From: a virus | Taxonomy: Duplodnaviria > Caudoviricetes | IMG/VR virus record: IMGVR_UViG_3300049192_000032 | Location: 1 to 36,346 of that record | Strand: one strand, 5' to 3' | DNA: 36,346 nt | Shown: in pieces, positions 35,345 through 36,346 of the stretch | Numbering within the stretch: position 1 is the first letter of the stretch | How the letters are laid out: every line of letters starts with the position of its first letter | Translations under genes and position numbers: made by a program | The notes under the pieces: generated by a model | What the model saw: the letters and a program-made list of their open reading frames with translations, nothing else | Told to the model about the DNA's origin: nothing | The model's database searches: none

Positions 35345-35386
35345 GGCCATTCCCTAGACCCCTTGTGAACAACACAGGGGGTCTCG

Positions 35387-35995
35387 ATGACACCGGAACA
35401 ACTTCAAGCAGCCACCGGCTGCACTGCCGCCGCGGCAGCCAAGTACGCGGAACACCTCACGGCCGCGATGGCCAAGTACGGCATCGCTACCAAGCTGCAA
35501 GTGGCAGGCTTCATCGGCAATTGCGCCGAGGAAAGTGGCCTCTTCACCGTCGTCCGCGAGAACTTGAACTACAGCGCCAAGCGCCTGATGAAGGTGTGGC
35601 CCGCACGCTTCCCCACCTTGGCCAGCACGGCTGGTTGCGTCATGAATCCTGTAGGCCTGGCAGAGCGTGTCTATGCCGGCCGCATGGGCAACACCCAGCC
35701 AGGTGACGGTGGCAAGTACCTGGGCCGCGGCCTCATCCAGCTGACAGGCAAAGACTGGTACAGCCGCTATTCGAAAGCCACCGGAGTGGATGCTGTAGGC
35801 AAGCCAGACCTGCTTCTTGAACCCTTCTACGCAGCTGATAGCGCGGGCTGGTTCTGGAAGCAAGCAGGCTGCAATCCCTTCTGTGATGCTCAAGATTGGC
35901 ACGGCCTGACCAAGCGCATCAACGGCAATCCGGACGCAAACTTTAAAGAGCGCAAACGCCTGATTGACCTTTGCCTGAATGCTCTCGGCGCCTGA
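35387..35995 (+). CDS. Glycoside hydrolase family 19 endolysin
   Basis: ESG.F..RENLNYSA, GDGGKYLGRGLIQLTGK, SAGWFW, TKRING. Confidence 0.92.
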   Translation: MTPEQLQAATGCTAAAAAKYAEHLTAAMAKYGIATKLQVAGFIGNCAEESGLFTVVRENLNYSAKRLMKVWPARFPTLASTAGCVMNPVGLAERVYAGRMGNTQPGDGGKYLGRGLIQLTGKDWYSRYSKATGVDAVGKPDLLLEPFYAADSAGWFWKQAGCNPFCDAQDWHGLTKRINGNPDANFKERKRLIDLCLNALGA

Positions 35996-36219
35996 CCCTA
36001 CACCAGCCCCCTGTTGATTCAGCTAACAACAGGCCCGTCTGCCTCCTAAGCCCCGTTCCAACAAGTTTTGGCGGGGCTTTGTTATCTGCCATCCACCCGA
36101 GGGACTACGCCCGAAATCAAGTCCACGCCAGATAACGCCGGTGGCTATACGAAGCATGAACGAGTGCACGCGGTGTGCACCAACCAAACATAAAAGAAAG
36201 CACACATCATGCGCAAAAC

Positions 36220-36346
36220 CATCTTCTACCGCGTATCCGGCTGCGTGAACGCCGAAGGCCTGCAGACAAGCATCTGCGTGCATCCAGACCAACTCGCTCG
36301 ACTTCAGAAGTTCGCGTACAACGACGTCCGCACCCTGAACACAGCT
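36220..36346. repeat. Terminal overlap, identical to 1-127
   Basis: Exact direct repeat of the window start. Confidence 0.95.

Larger units (their letters stand above)
500..36083 (+). terminator. About 20 intrinsic terminator hairpins bounding the cassettes
   Basis: GC stems with T tracts at about 500, 2918, 3326, 4182, 6026, 6500, 7046, 8160, 8572, 9385, 10652, 11238, 11915, 18023, 18571, 19784, 22451, 23740, 25887, 29697, 30518 and 36047. GCCCTCTTCGGAGGGC is identical at 3326, 7046 and 11915. Confidence 0.8.
2963..36151 (+). promoter_or_regulatory. Dispersed promoter-like motif CTA(T/C/G)AC, often with GATAAC
   Basis: GTGCCTATACGGATAAC at 2963, 4695, 6560 and 8205, variants at 18907 and 29752. 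GATAAC-N-GTGCCTATAC at 3447, 7159, 9470 and 18101, variant at 36131. GCTACAC(G) near 10699, 11330, 11947, 20360, 22485, 23803 and 25922. CTAGAC near 13375, 30426, 30565, 31063 and 35354. All are intergenic and upstream of + strand units. Confidence 0.75.
1..36219. mobile_element. Complete circular temperate siphophage / phage-plasmid
   Basis: Terminal overlap, full head-tail-lysis gene set, Rep with iterons, serine recombinase, no host genes. Confidence 0.88.

Noticed and set aside
36220-36346. 127-bp end repeat as a biological direct terminal repeat or att core
   Set aside because: Length equals a standard assembler k-mer and it falls mid-ORF, so it is best read as a circular-contig overlap.
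1-36346. tRNA, tmRNA or rRNA genes
   Set aside because: No cloverleaf with T-loop and D-loop consensus found by eye in the intergenic regions. tRNAscan-SE or ARAGORN would confirm.

Overview
The window is almost certainly a complete circular temperate siphophage genome of about 36,219 bp: bases 1-127 are repeated exactly at 36220-36346 and one ORF reads across the join. It has a Mu-like head and neck module (portal, MuF, protease/scaffold, T-type capsid, gp36) and a non-contractile tail with a G/GT frameshift, but no Mu transposase. Instead it carries both a large serine recombinase and a TrfA-like plasmid replication initiator with 22-bp iterons, so it looks like a phage-plasmid that may also integrate. 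An accessory region (about 2.5-11.9 kb) is built of promoter-gene-terminator cassettes, including an Rnl1-type RNA ligase, a gp49/66-family protein (possible nucleotide sponge) and a PD-(D/E)xK-like nuclease. No CI-like repressor or ParAB is recognisable. The most unusual content is non-coding. (1) Ten exact copies of the 16-bp palindrome TTTTCAACGTTGAAAA are confined to the accessory region. (2) A CTA(T/C/G)AC promoter-like motif lies upstream of most + strand units, often in the 5' arm of a hairpin that hides the RBS and leaves a C/A-rich loop. (3) Two non-coding units downstream of the tape-measure gene look like sRNAs: one G/U-rich and complementary to those C/A-rich leaders and their SD, the other with an anti-Shine-Dalgarno loop. 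Together these suggest a possibly undescribed RNA-based control system. All family calls come from motif recognition by eye, with no database search.
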